Sequence record: NC_017972.1 | Length of the DNA stretch: 64,000 bases | Reading direction: 5' to 3' (one strand) | In this document: in pieces, positions 46,727 through 55,621 of the stretch | Layout of the letters: each line of letters begins with the position of its first letter | Numbering within the stretch: position 1 is the stretch's first letter | Notes under the pieces: model-generated | What the model was told of the DNA's origin: nothing | Databases searched by the model: none | The model's input: the letters and a program-made list of their open reading frames with translations, nothing else | Translations under genes and position numbers: made by a program

Positions 46727-47167
46727 ATGCGCCGAGGTTCTGAGGGATTTTTCTGGTATCAGGCAATCTACACCGAACTGGCCGACGACCCAGCCGACGA
46801 CCGCGAAGAGGTGCATTACTTTCCGCTGGAGGCCAATCCCAAGCGAAGTAATTACCCTGCGTTGACTAGCATCGGTTGGTTCTACGGACGTGATTTGCCT
46901 TCGCATATTTCTGTATCGATTGATCCTCTGTATCGCGTTCGGCAGATTGAAAACATGCGCAAAGAACGCGGCATTAGCATGGTTGACGCTTTCCATGATG
47001 CTCCGCATTTTTATCAGGAATCCCTGTGGGCGTTCTACGCGAGCATCGGTTACGACTACAAGAAAAAGAAATGGGGAGTGCGGCCTGAGCAAAGCGTGTC
47101 CATGACCCGCGCACAATTGGAGGAATATTGTTTGCAGAAGGATGCTAAATATGCGGACCATCCTTGA
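46727..47167 (+). CDS. hypothetical protein
   Basis: 146 aa, GAGG RBS. Confidence 0.65.
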   Translation: MRRGSEGFFWYQAIYTELADDPADDREEVHYFPLEANPKRSNYPALTSIGWFYGRDLPSHISVSIDPLYRVRQIENMRKERGISMVDAFHDAPHFYQESLWAFYASIGYDYKKKKWGVRPEQSVSMTRAQLEEYCLQKDAKYADHP

Positions 47168-47525
47168 GTTAGCGGACGGCAGGCAATTTGAGATTGCGCC
47201 TCTTAATTTTGAACAGTACGCCAAGCAATACGAGCCGATCAACAGCGTTATGGGCCTAGTGCCGCAGAGCGCTTATGATCACTGGAAAGACAGCAACCGT
47301 TACCGCGAAATTTCTGATTTCACTCTGCCGGAATTAGCAGGCGGGAAGATTACCTATTGCCTGTCCGCAGAGGAACTCGACATTGGCGACATTGCCGATG
47401 ATTGCGAGGACATAGCGCTGGAAATCCTGAAACGTCGCCGTACCGTGACGCAACTCAAACACACAATCAGCCTAGAAGAAATGGAACAACGTTTCGCAGG
47501 CGATGAAGAGAATTCTGATGGCTGA
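47142..47525 (+). CDS. hypothetical acidic protein
   Basis: 127 aa ORF upstream of the topoisomerase. Confidence 0.65.
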   Translation: MLNMRTILELADGRQFEIAPLNFEQYAKQYEPINSVMGLVPQSAYDHWKDSNRYREISDFTLPELAGGKITYCLSAEELDIGDIADDCEDIALEILKRRRTVTQLKHTISLEEMEQRFAGDEENSDG

Positions 47526-49614
47526 AAAGAAAACCCCCAAAGCAGTGAAGGCAAAGCCCGCTGCTGAGACGAAAACGAAGAAAACCAAAGTAGCAGAAGG
47601 CGTGGAGAAAACCACGCGGAAAAAGTCTGCAAGTCAAGACGACTTTACCATCCTTGAAGGGCTGTCTGGCATCCGGCACAATCCGAGTATGTATCTCGGT
47701 GAACGCGGGGCGCCGATGGCCTATCGTTGTATTAAGGAAGCGGTAGACAACTGCTACGACGAACACATTGCAGGCCGCAACAAAGTTATCGAAGTTATTT
47801 TGGACTACGATACCGGCTGCTACATCGTGGCGGACCAAGCGGGCGGCATTCCTACCGATTTCAAGAAATTGGAAGACGGTACGAAAATCAGCATCATGAC
47901 TGCCGCGTACACGAAGACGCACGCAGGCGCAAAATTCAACGATAAAGCGTACAAAACTTCTGCCGGTACTCACGGCATTGGCATGTCGGCAGTGAACGCC
48001 GTTTCCGAACGTATGCGCGTCTGGACAATGTACAACGGCAAGTTGGCTACGCAGGTTTACAGCAAAGGCAAAATTGCGTCGAAGGGCGATCACCCGATCC
48101 CGGCTAAGGCCGTGGACAAAGACGTTATGGATCACCTGAAAGACAAGCTGAAAAAATACGGCACAATCGTCGCTATCGAACTCGACCAAACCGTCGTTTC
48201 CGAAGATGCCCGCCGTGGTAAAGATTTGCCGAAAAACTTCCGCAAGTCTGAGCCGATTGCAGCTGAGGTTGCCAGCTGGTTGTCGAACGTGGCAATGCTC
48301 AACCCCGGTCTGGAAATCCGCTTTGCTTCCATCGTCAAAGGCAAACGCAAAGACGAAACTTTCCTCAACAAGAAAGACCTCGCCTTTGTGCCGAAAGACA
48401 TGTGCGAGCAGCGCGATCTGGTTGCCCAAGGTAAGCCATTTGTTTTCAAGAACGACAACATTACTTGCGCACTGGTTTGGTCCGACCACACCGACGCCGA
48501 TCATTTCCTGTCGTTTGTGAACACGTCGCCTACTGTTGACGGCGGCTGGCACGTTACGGGCTTTACCGCTGCGCTGTCCAAGGCAGTGAAAAAACATGTG
48601 CCGGAAAAGAAACCTGCAAAAGGTAAAAAAGGCGGTCAAGGTTACACCGGTTCTGACCTGCTGATCGGTTTGACTGGCATGTTTGACTGGCGTATGCACG
48701 GCGCGGCCTACACCTCGCAGGTAAAGGATAAACTTTCCTCGAAAGTAGACAAAGAAGTCGAAGAGCTTTTGTTCCCAGCATTCGACGCCTACTTCAAAGC
48801 AAACCCGAAAGTCGCAAAAGATATTATCAAGCGCGCACTGATCATGACCAAAGGTCGTGAAGAGCTGGCAGCGGTTGTTAAATCGATGGCCGACGTGAAG
48901 AAAAAAGGCAAAACAACTCTGCCTGTGAAGCTGGCCGTTGCCCCGCACTGCAAACCGCATGAGCGCGAATTGTTTGTTGTGGAAGGTGACTCGGCAAAAG
49001 GCCCAAGCGTGGATGCGCGAGACGGGCATTTCCAAGAAGTTTTGGCAGCTGGTGGTAAGCCACTCAACGCACTGAAAGCCACAATGGCAAAAGTGCTGGG
49101 CCACGAAGAAATTTCCAACTTCCTCGTAGCGATGGGTGCGGACGTGAAGTCGCTTGATCCGAAAGCGGAAAAGCCGACAATCAGCACTGACAAACTGCGC
49201 GTTGCAAACGTCTTTTTCCTTGTTGACCCGGACCCCGACGGTTTCCACATTGCGGTTCTGTATCTGGCAGCAATTTATCGCCTTATGCCGCAGCTTTACC
49301 ACGAAGGCCGGGTGTTCTGTGTGCAGGCGCCGCTGTATGCCGCACTGGATTCCAAAGGCACACTTTATGGCGGTATGACCTTTGACGAATGCCGTAGCGC
49401 CGCGCCGAAGTCGGTAAAAGACCAAGACATTGTGCGCATCAAAGGTTGGGGTGAAGTTGGCCCTGAATATATCGGTCCGATTGCATTCGACAAGCGCTAT
49501 CGCAAACTGATCCGAATCAATCCATTTGAAAGCGTTGCTGATGAACAGCATTTCCGGGCCGTAGTGTCTGAGGATGCCGTGAACCGTCGCCGCTTGCTGG
49601 GGCTTAATGACTGA
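47518..49614 (+). CDS. gyrB: type IIA topoisomerase ATPase/TOPRIM subunit (GyrB/ParE-like)
   Basis: IRHNPSMYLG, EAVDNCYDE, GTHGIGMSAVNA, VEGDSAKG, DPDPDG, RIKGWGE; probable start at 47518. Confidence 0.92.
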   Translation: MAEKKTPKAVKAKPAAETKTKKTKVAEGVEKTTRKKSASQDDFTILEGLSGIRHNPSMYLGERGAPMAYRCIKEAVDNCYDEHIAGRNKVIEVILDYDTGCYIVADQAGGIPTDFKKLEDGTKISIMTAAYTKTHAGAKFNDKAYKTSAGTHGIGMSAVNAVSERMRVWTMYNGKLATQVYSKGKIASKGDHPIPAKAVDKDVMDHLKDKLKKYGTIVAIELDQTVVSEDARRGKDLPKNFRKSEPIAAEVASWLSNVAMLNPGLEIRFASIVKGKRKDETFLNKKDLAFVPKDMCEQRDLVAQGKPFVFKNDNITCALVWSDHTDADHFLSFVNTSPTVDGGWHVTGFTAALSKAVKKHVPEKKPAKGKKGGQGYTGSDLLIGLTGMFDWRMHGAAYTSQVKDKLSSKVDKEVEELLFPAFDAYFKANPKVAKDIIKRALIMTKGREELAAVVKSMADVKKKGKTTLPVKLAVAPHCKPHERELFVVEGDSAKGPSVDARDGHFQEVLAAGGKPLNALKATMAKVLGHEEISNFLVAMGADVKSLDPKAEKPTISTDKLRVANVFFLVDPDPDGFHIAVLYLAAIYRLMPQLYHEGRVFCVQAPLYAALDSKGTLYGGMTFDECRSAAPKSVKDQDIVRIKGWGEVGPEYIGPIAFDKRYRKLIRINPFESVADEQHFRAVVSEDAVNRRRLLGLND

Positions 49615-51239
49615 TGGCTAAATCCAAAAAAGAAGTGGCGAAAGTTAAGAATACTTCCGTCACGACGATGAAGAAAGAAAAGAAATCCAAAGAGCCGAAG
49701 GATATCGTCAACAACGGCGGCATTCTGAAAATCACTTCGCTCTATCCGGCTAAGGCGCAGGAAATCAAAGAGCAGTCGATCAAATCATTCAGTGATGAAG
49801 CGCTGTTTGTTTATGGTTCCTACGTGGTGGAAGATCGGGCGGTTCCCGACTTCCGCGACGGCCTGAAACCTGTGCATCGCGCTGTTTTGTGGTCGCTGGC
49901 TGGCCTCGGTCTGCGCTCTGACAAAGCGTTCAAGAAATCGGCGCGTACTGTTGGTGATGCAATTGGTAAATATCACCCGCACGGCGACGGCGCTTGCTAC
50001 GGCGCAATGGTTACAATTGCGAACAGTAACCCGCCACTGGTAAGCGGCCAAGGTGGTTACGGTAAACCGGACGGCACGCCAGCATCTGCCTATCGTTACA
50101 CCGAAGCGAAAATGTCGAAGTTCACTGACATGTTTTTGCTGGATGCGCAGTATCTGAAAGTGGTTCCGCACGTCCCGAACTTCTCGAATGACGACAAGCT
50201 CCCGCTGTACCTGCCTGCGTTGCTGCCGACACTGTTTTTCATTACCTCGACGCCGCCCCCGGCCTACGGCGTAAAAGTCGGCAACCCTGCGTTCTCGATG
50301 GGCACCATTTCCAAAGTCGTTATCGACATGCTCAACGGCAAAGAGTACACGCCGAAAAAGCTGGCTGAAACTCTGAAAATTTTCCACCCGTTCGGCTGCA
50401 TCGACGTGTCGAAAGATGAAGCCATCGAAGAAATGATGGCGACCGGCAAAGGCTCGGTGCAGTACATGCCTGTTGTCGATACCGATATCGAAAAGCGCAC
50501 AATCAATATTCGTTCTTTCTGCCCCGGCACGCTGGCGGGTGAGGATACGATTGCGCGCACCGTGGAAAAACTGGCGAACATTGACGGCGTGAAAAACGCC
50601 TACAACACGCCGGGCAAAAACGTTAAGGGTTCCGGTCCTTATGGTGCGCTGATTTCGGTCAGCTGCCCAAAGAACATGGACGAAGACCGCTTCGATGAAA
50701 TCTGCGCACAAGTGGATAAAATCGTGCGTAGTTCGGTGTCGTACCGTCTCGGTATCACCGTGCGGAAATCTGGCACCGAGGCGAACGAATTCAAATACGT
50801 TAACTTTGTCCAGTATTTCAATGCGTGGATCAAGTACCGCATCCGTCTGGAAGAGCGCCTGATCGAGAGCCTGTTGGAAAAAGCGGCCAAAGATTTGCAC
50901 CTCAACGAAGTGTACTTGTATGCGGTAAAAAACCGTGACCAGTTGCTGAAAGTTTTGGGCAAGGTGCTGGCCTCGAAAGACCCAGCTGGTGCGCTGGCTA
51001 AGGCACTCAGGATGCCGGTGGAAGACGCCGAAATTATTCTTGAGCGAAAAGTAAAACAGCTGGCTGCGCTGGAGGCCTCGGACCTTGAAAAGAAAATCAA
51101 GGATATCAAAGCCGAAATCAAAGCGCTTAAAGCTGACCAGAAGGAACCGGGCAAACGCGCTGCACGCGATACCGTCGAGCGAGTCAAACGCTACATGAAA
51201 CGCCCGGACGTAACCCAATCTGGAATTCCTGTGGAGTAA
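49614..51239 (+). CDS. gyrA: type IIA topoisomerase breakage-reunion subunit (GyrA/ParC-like, no C-terminal pinwheel)
   Basis: DGLKPVHR, KSARTVGD, YHPHGD, AYRYTE with the catalytic Tyr; 541 aa. Confidence 0.92.
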   Translation: MAKSKKEVAKVKNTSVTTMKKEKKSKEPKDIVNNGGILKITSLYPAKAQEIKEQSIKSFSDEALFVYGSYVVEDRAVPDFRDGLKPVHRAVLWSLAGLGLRSDKAFKKSARTVGDAIGKYHPHGDGACYGAMVTIANSNPPLVSGQGGYGKPDGTPASAYRYTEAKMSKFTDMFLLDAQYLKVVPHVPNFSNDDKLPLYLPALLPTLFFITSTPPPAYGVKVGNPAFSMGTISKVVIDMLNGKEYTPKKLAETLKIFHPFGCIDVSKDEAIEEMMATGKGSVQYMPVVDTDIEKRTINIRSFCPGTLAGEDTIARTVEKLANIDGVKNAYNTPGKNVKGSGPYGALISVSCPKNMDEDRFDEICAQVDKIVRSSVSYRLGITVRKSGTEANEFKYVNFVQYFNAWIKYRIRLEERLIESLLEKAAKDLHLNEVYLYAVKNRDQLLKVLGKVLASKDPAGALAKALRMPVEDAEIILERKVKQLAALEASDLEKKIKDIKAEIKALKADQKEPGKRAARDTVERVKRYMKRPDVTQSGIPVE

Positions 51240-51242
51240 GCC

Positions 51243-51758
51243 ATGTCTGATGAAAAAATCTTTTCGCTTAGCAGCGACGTTGATTTCAATATTATCGTTT
51301 ACTGCCTCATGCGTGCTGTCCACCTGCCTGAGCTGGAAGGGCAAGAGTTGCCGCTGGTTGATACGTGGTTTGCAGTGCCTGCTGTGAAGCACGGCCCGAT
51401 GGTCGCGCTGGCCTACGGCGATATCGAAATGGCAGCTTTGCAAATGATCGATGCAGACGGAAAAGTTGTGAAGGCGCACCGCGTCAATCCGCACACTGTT
51501 CCGCCGCTGACCAACTACGAAATGGATTTGGTCAGAAAAGAAGCTTTCGACATTCCGCTGTGGGAGAAAACGACCAATACGCCGTTCCCCTACGCGACCA
51601 TGTTTGACAAAGACTTGTCGAAGCGTCGATTCGTGGAATCGGGCAGCACGAAATCCACCATGCTAAACATCGAATCTACCAACGAAACGTACAACATCAT
51701 CCGCAAGAAAATTCAGCCGCGACCCTGCACGACTTGCGGCGGGGGCAAACGTAAATGA
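51243..51758 (+). CDS. hypothetical protein
   Basis: 171 aa, ends CTTCGGGKRK. Confidence 0.7.
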   Translation: MSDEKIFSLSSDVDFNIIVYCLMRAVHLPELEGQELPLVDTWFAVPAVKHGPMVALAYGDIEMAALQMIDADGKVVKAHRVNPHTVPPLTNYEMDLVRKEAFDIPLWEKTTNTPFPYATMFDKDLSKRRFVESGSTKSTMLNIESTNETYNIIRKKIQPRPCTTCGGGKRK

Positions 51759-52216
51759 GCGAAGCGTATGCTCTTCTGCAAAAAGAGCTGGGAACCGACG
51801 TTGTAACCTACGGAGCGATTCACAAAAACTTCGTGAGTAAGCCGGTTCCGAAAATGGTTGTCTCGCTGATTCATTTGACGATGCAGCCGCTGGTGAATGG
51901 GGAATTGCTCGGTGCGGATACTGTGATTTTTCCCGCAATGGCTGAATTGCTTTACATCGAAGGTTTGGCTATCAGTTCCTACATCGACAAGGCGCACGCG
52001 CAAGAGCATCCGATGGATAAGCGTTATTTGCTTCGCTATCTGGAGCACCTTTGCCTGCGCCACGGCACGGAAAATCAAACGGCTATTGGTTTTGGTCACA
52101 CCGTTATCTACAGCCGCAAGCCGCTGGGCGATCAATACAAATCGTTCGACAATACCCAATATGTTCCGCCATTGACGGGGCACTGGGCAATTGCCGGTCG
52201 GGCGCCTCAACTTTAA
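51755..52216 (+). CDS. hypothetical protein
   Basis: 153 aa, coupled to the upstream gene by overlap. Confidence 0.7.
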   Translation: MSEAYALLQKELGTDVVTYGAIHKNFVSKPVPKMVVSLIHLTMQPLVNGELLGADTVIFPAMAELLYIEGLAISSYIDKAHAQEHPMDKRYLLRYLEHLCLRHGTENQTAIGFGHTVIYSRKPLGDQYKSFDNTQYVPPLTGHWAIAGRAPQL

Positions 52217-52279
52217 CTGTAAATTCAGGGTAGGTGAACGTGATTTGCCTGCCCTAATTTCAAAATCCGGTACATCGCA

Positions 52280-52510
52280 ATGGAACACGCAATACACGGA
52301 CTCATTAGCAGGTTGCAAATCGCTTATTACATGGCCGCGCTTGACTCTTCGCACGACGAAGCCTGCGCCGTTATGCGAGCTGTAGCGCAGAAATCTTTGC
52401 GCAATGGTTTGGTCCCGCATCATTTGCTTTTGCACGCAAACGCATTCGTGAAGTCGGACAATCCGCTGGAGCTGTCGGAACGAACGCAAGCGCTGTTTGC
52501 CAAGCGCTAA
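52280..52510 (+). CDS. small hypothetical protein
   Basis: 76 aa; ACTGTAAATT variant motif at 52216-52225 upstream. Confidence 0.55.
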   Translation: MEHAIHGLISRLQIAYYMAALDSSHDEACAVMRAVAQKSLRNGLVPHHLLLHANAFVKSDNPLELSERTQALFAKR

Positions 52511-52520
52511 GGACCGCGCT

Positions 52521-52943
52521 ATGAAAGATAAAATCGTCTTTGCGTCTGTGAACCGCACAAAGAAACACGAAACGTTTCTGGAATCGGTAAGCATGGAAGG
52601 CCCCGGCTCGCAGCCAATGCTGTTGGAGCTGCTGAAAACGCGCAATGTTTTCACACATGTGCGCAGGCCCGGTAAGTCATTGACGTTTTACCATGATCCA
52701 GCCTTTACCGAGGACGAACTTGCGGCAATTGCAGTGCCGACGAACAAGGCCGCAATCGGTAGGATTGGCTCACGAATTTTTATTGCAGTGCCGTACACTC
52801 GCACCCGGTTGGAAGCCAGCCTAGTTTGCAGTGCGCGGCTGCTGCATATGCTACGTATGCCCATACGCCTGATTACTCATGCGTCTGATCTTTCGTATAA
52901 AGCAGACGGCGAAGAAAAGGCTGATCCGCGTTTCAAGGATTAA
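52521..52943 (+). CDS. hypothetical protein
   Basis: probable ATG at 52521 with an AAGGA RBS. Confidence 0.65.
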   Translation: MKDKIVFASVNRTKKHETFLESVSMEGPGSQPMLLELLKTRNVFTHVRRPGKSLTFYHDPAFTEDELAAIAVPTNKAAIGRIGSRIFIAVPYTRTRLEASLVCSARLLHMLRMPIRLITHASDLSYKADGEEKADPRFKD

Positions 52944-52946
52944 ATC

Positions 52947-53792
52947 ATGACCCTACTTTCGGTAGACGGCACCAACACGATGCACCGTGCGCACCATGCG
53001 ATACGATACATGGAACACAAAGGGACGCCGACAAATGCCATCGTCGGGTTCTTTAACATTGTGCGTTCTAATTTGAAAATCACTGGCGCCACACACGCCC
53101 TCGCTTCTTTCGACCGCCCCGGCGAAAACTTCCGGCATAAGCTGCACCCGGATTACAAAGGGCATCGGGAAAAGAATCCTGAGAAGAGCGCAGCGCTGGC
53201 GAAACAATTGCCAATCATTTGCGAATTGCTGGATGCTTTGAACTTTCCGTTTTTCGGCAAGCGCGGCATCGAAGCGGATGACGTGATTGGTTCCACCGCC
53301 TACAACTACACGGGCGGATTGGCCTACATCCTGTCGGGTGACAAAGACTTTGCGCAGGAATTGACTGCAAAGCACGTTCGATTGATCAACCCGAACAAAA
53401 AGCTAACCGTTACGCCCAAAATGTGCAAAGACGTTTACGGCGTTCGCCCAAAGCATATGATTGATTTCCTAATGCTGGATGGCGATGAAATCGACGGAAT
53501 CGACGGAATACCCGGCGTTGGCCCGGTAACGGCCATTAAGCTGATTGAAGAGTTCGGAAAGGCGGAAAACATTCCATTGGATCGTTTCCCACCAAAATCA
53601 AAAACTGTAAATATAAAGCAAAGGCTAAAGCTTAATCGAAAGCTTGTAACGATTAGGCATGACCTGTATGATGCGAATATGGAATTGGATTTGTCAATTT
53701 CAGATAGTATCAACACCAAAGCCTTCAAAAAGATTTGTGAGCGATACGGATTGGATAAGCTAAAGCAGTCCGTATTGACGCATGGCTTGTAG
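52947..53792 (+). CDS. 5'-3' exonuclease / flap endonuclease (Pol I 5' nuclease-like)
   Basis: VDG, FD..FRH..YKGHR, EADDVIG, SGDKD, GD..DGIPGVGP helix-hairpin-helix. Confidence 0.92.
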   Translation: MTLLSVDGTNTMHRAHHAIRYMEHKGTPTNAIVGFFNIVRSNLKITGATHALASFDRPGENFRHKLHPDYKGHREKNPEKSAALAKQLPIICELLDALNFPFFGKRGIEADDVIGSTAYNYTGGLAYILSGDKDFAQELTAKHVRLINPNKKLTVTPKMCKDVYGVRPKHMIDFLMLDGDEIDGIDGIPGVGPVTAIKLIEEFGKAENIPLDRFPPKSKTVNIKQRLKLNRKLVTIRHDLYDANMELDLSISDSINTKAFKKICERYGLDKLKQSVLTHGL

Positions 53793-53861
53793 GTAACTAC
53801 AAATACCGGGATGACCCGGATAATCGGCATATCGCCAAAACCCAAAGATGGAATGAAAATC

Positions 53862-54353
53862 ATGTCTGACGTTAAAGTAAAAGTATCGAAAAACGAAGCC
53901 GCTGCCGTTCGCACTCTGGCTACCGCTGAAAAAACCCTGACCCAGCTGAAAGCTGACCTGAAAGCGGCTCAAGGTGTTGCTCGCACCAACGCCAAGCTGG
54001 CCCTGACCACTGGCCCGAAAGTCGTAGCCGGTCTGCAAAAGAACGCTGGCGCCGTTGTCGAATCGATCACCGCCGCGATCACCGTTGCCACCATCGAACG
54101 CGACGACGCAAAAACCGCTCTGAACAAAGTTCGCGCCGATGAAAAGGCTGCTGCTATTCAGAAAGCAAAAGACGACAAAGCTGCGCTGAAAGCAAAAGAA
54201 GCTGCCGCTGCTCAGAAGCTGAAAGATCAAGCTGCTAAAGCCGCTGCCAAAGCTGCACCAAAAGCCAAAGCTCCGGTCGTCGCCGCTGCACCGGTTGCAC
54301 CAGTTGCCGCCAAAGCCCCAAAGGCTACCAAAGCCAAGGTCGTTAAAGCCTAA
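53862..54353 (+). CDS. Ala/Lys-rich histone H1-like protein
   Basis: KAAAK/APKA repeats, very strong codon bias; probable start at 53862. Confidence 0.65.
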   Translation: MSDVKVKVSKNEAAAVRTLATAEKTLTQLKADLKAAQGVARTNAKLALTTGPKVVAGLQKNAGAVVESITAAITVATIERDDAKTALNKVRADEKAAAIQKAKDDKAALKAKEAAAAQKLKDQAAKAAAKAAPKAKAPVVAAAPVAPVAAKAPKATKAKVVKA

Positions 54354-54376
54354 GCTTTCTAGCAACTGATAAAGAG

Positions 54377-54404
54377 AAGCGGCCTAGAAATGGGCCGCTT
54401 TTTT
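54377..54404 (+). terminator. intrinsic terminator
   Basis: AAGCGGCC/GGCCGCTT plus TTTT. Confidence 0.85.
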
Positions 54405-54425
54405 ATTTTCTACACGGGGAATTCC

Positions 54426-55247
54426 ATGTTTAACGCAAGCGGAATTGTTCAGAACGCTCTGAACGGCATTCATTACCGAGATTTTCTGCGTGACCTGACT
54501 ATCGCCCAGCAAATGAGCGATAACCAATTAAGTCCTGCCTACGTCTCCAACATCGTAGCCGCGATGGGCTGTCGCCTCACGCTGGAAAAAGAAACAATCA
54601 AAGCTGTACCGTTCCACGATACAACCCCCGCCAACGTTCCCTCCTATATGGGCAGCAATCCCCGCCTATCCGTGCTGCCGTACATCAACGCAAACCCTTT
54701 TGTAATCCTTCCCGAGTGGAACACTCTTTATTCCCGGTTAGAAGTCGCGCTGTCGAGTAACAGTCCGGCGCCCGCAATTGTTTACCGCGACATTTGGCAA
54801 ATGAGCAAGGCGCGCAAGCTTTCGCTGCTGAATGCTCCGGCACAAATGATTTGCTTCCCGGTAATGTGCCTCACCGACGGTAACGTTAAGCAGGTTCGCC
54901 TATCGTTCTACAATTTCATTAAGACGCCCGCCGCTTTCTTCAACGGTGCGCCGTGTGTGATTAGCGGGCAACGTCTCAATAAAAGAATTTTCGCGGTCGG
55001 TGCCAACGTCGAGCACAGCTTTGACGGCAACGCTGCAAAAGAAGACGCCCGCGCAATTCTTGCCGAGTTGCATTCTGAATACGCGCAACCGAATCACATT
55101 ACAGAGGCGCAAGGCTATCTCATGCGCGCCCTGTTGGATGTTCGCAAACGGAACGCCGATCACATCCAAGACGTTATGGTTTCCATTCATACCGACGCCA
55201 AAGCAACCCGGACGCTGCCAGCACCGCCAACCAGCTCTAAGGCTTAA
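54426..55247 (+). CDS. hypothetical protein
   Basis: probable ATG at 54426 with a GGGG RBS; the track start lies in the terminator. Confidence 0.7.
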   Translation: MFNASGIVQNALNGIHYRDFLRDLTIAQQMSDNQLSPAYVSNIVAAMGCRLTLEKETIKAVPFHDTTPANVPSYMGSNPRLSVLPYINANPFVILPEWNTLYSRLEVALSSNSPAPAIVYRDIWQMSKARKLSLLNAPAQMICFPVMCLTDGNVKQVRLSFYNFIKTPAAFFNGAPCVISGQRLNKRIFAVGANVEHSFDGNAAKEDARAILAELHSEYAQPNHITEAQGYLMRALLDVRKRNADHIQDVMVSIHTDAKATRTLPAPPTSSKA

Positions 55248-55259
55248 AGGCCCCATTGG

Positions 55260-55590
55260 CCTACGCGTATGCCCGCCCGCGTATTGAACGGCCTTTGAAC
55301 GGCCCTTATAGATGCCATAGACGTTCAATGCACAAAGCGCTTGACCGTATACAGGCCCTTTGCTACCTTAGAGGCATCCGTGACGGAGTGTGGCCGAAAG
55401 CTTTACACTCACGGATTAGAGGAAGTTTCGGCGGACGGCATCTAAAGCGGCTATGCGCTTAGGTACGTTAGCCATGCCTTTATAGGGTGTGCGCGCCGGA
55501 TTTGGTAAGCCTTATGTGTAACGGGCTTGCTTTGTAGTGCTTCCCGTTATGCAGCAAACTAACCCCCCGGCGAGCTTAGGCCGCTACATC
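55260..55590 (+). ncRNA. candidate structured non-coding RNA or structured leader
   Basis: ~370 nt intergenic gap with several stems, e.g. 55281-55290/55322-55331, 55376-55383/55409-55416, 55519-55525/55543-55549; strand assumed from neighbours. Confidence 0.4.
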
Positions 55591-55621
55591 ACGCTAAATT
55601 TTAAAACTTTGGAGATTCATC

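Noticed and set aside
2331-51239. Inteins or introns in polA, the helicase or the topoisomerase
   Set aside because: Catalytic motifs are contiguous within single ORFs; no intein splice-junction or homing-endonuclease motifs noticed
55260-55590. Group I intron, tmRNA or tRNA
   Set aside because: Flanking ORFs are complete, no convincing P7 GACUA/UAGUC pair, and no T-loop GTTCRA or CCA end
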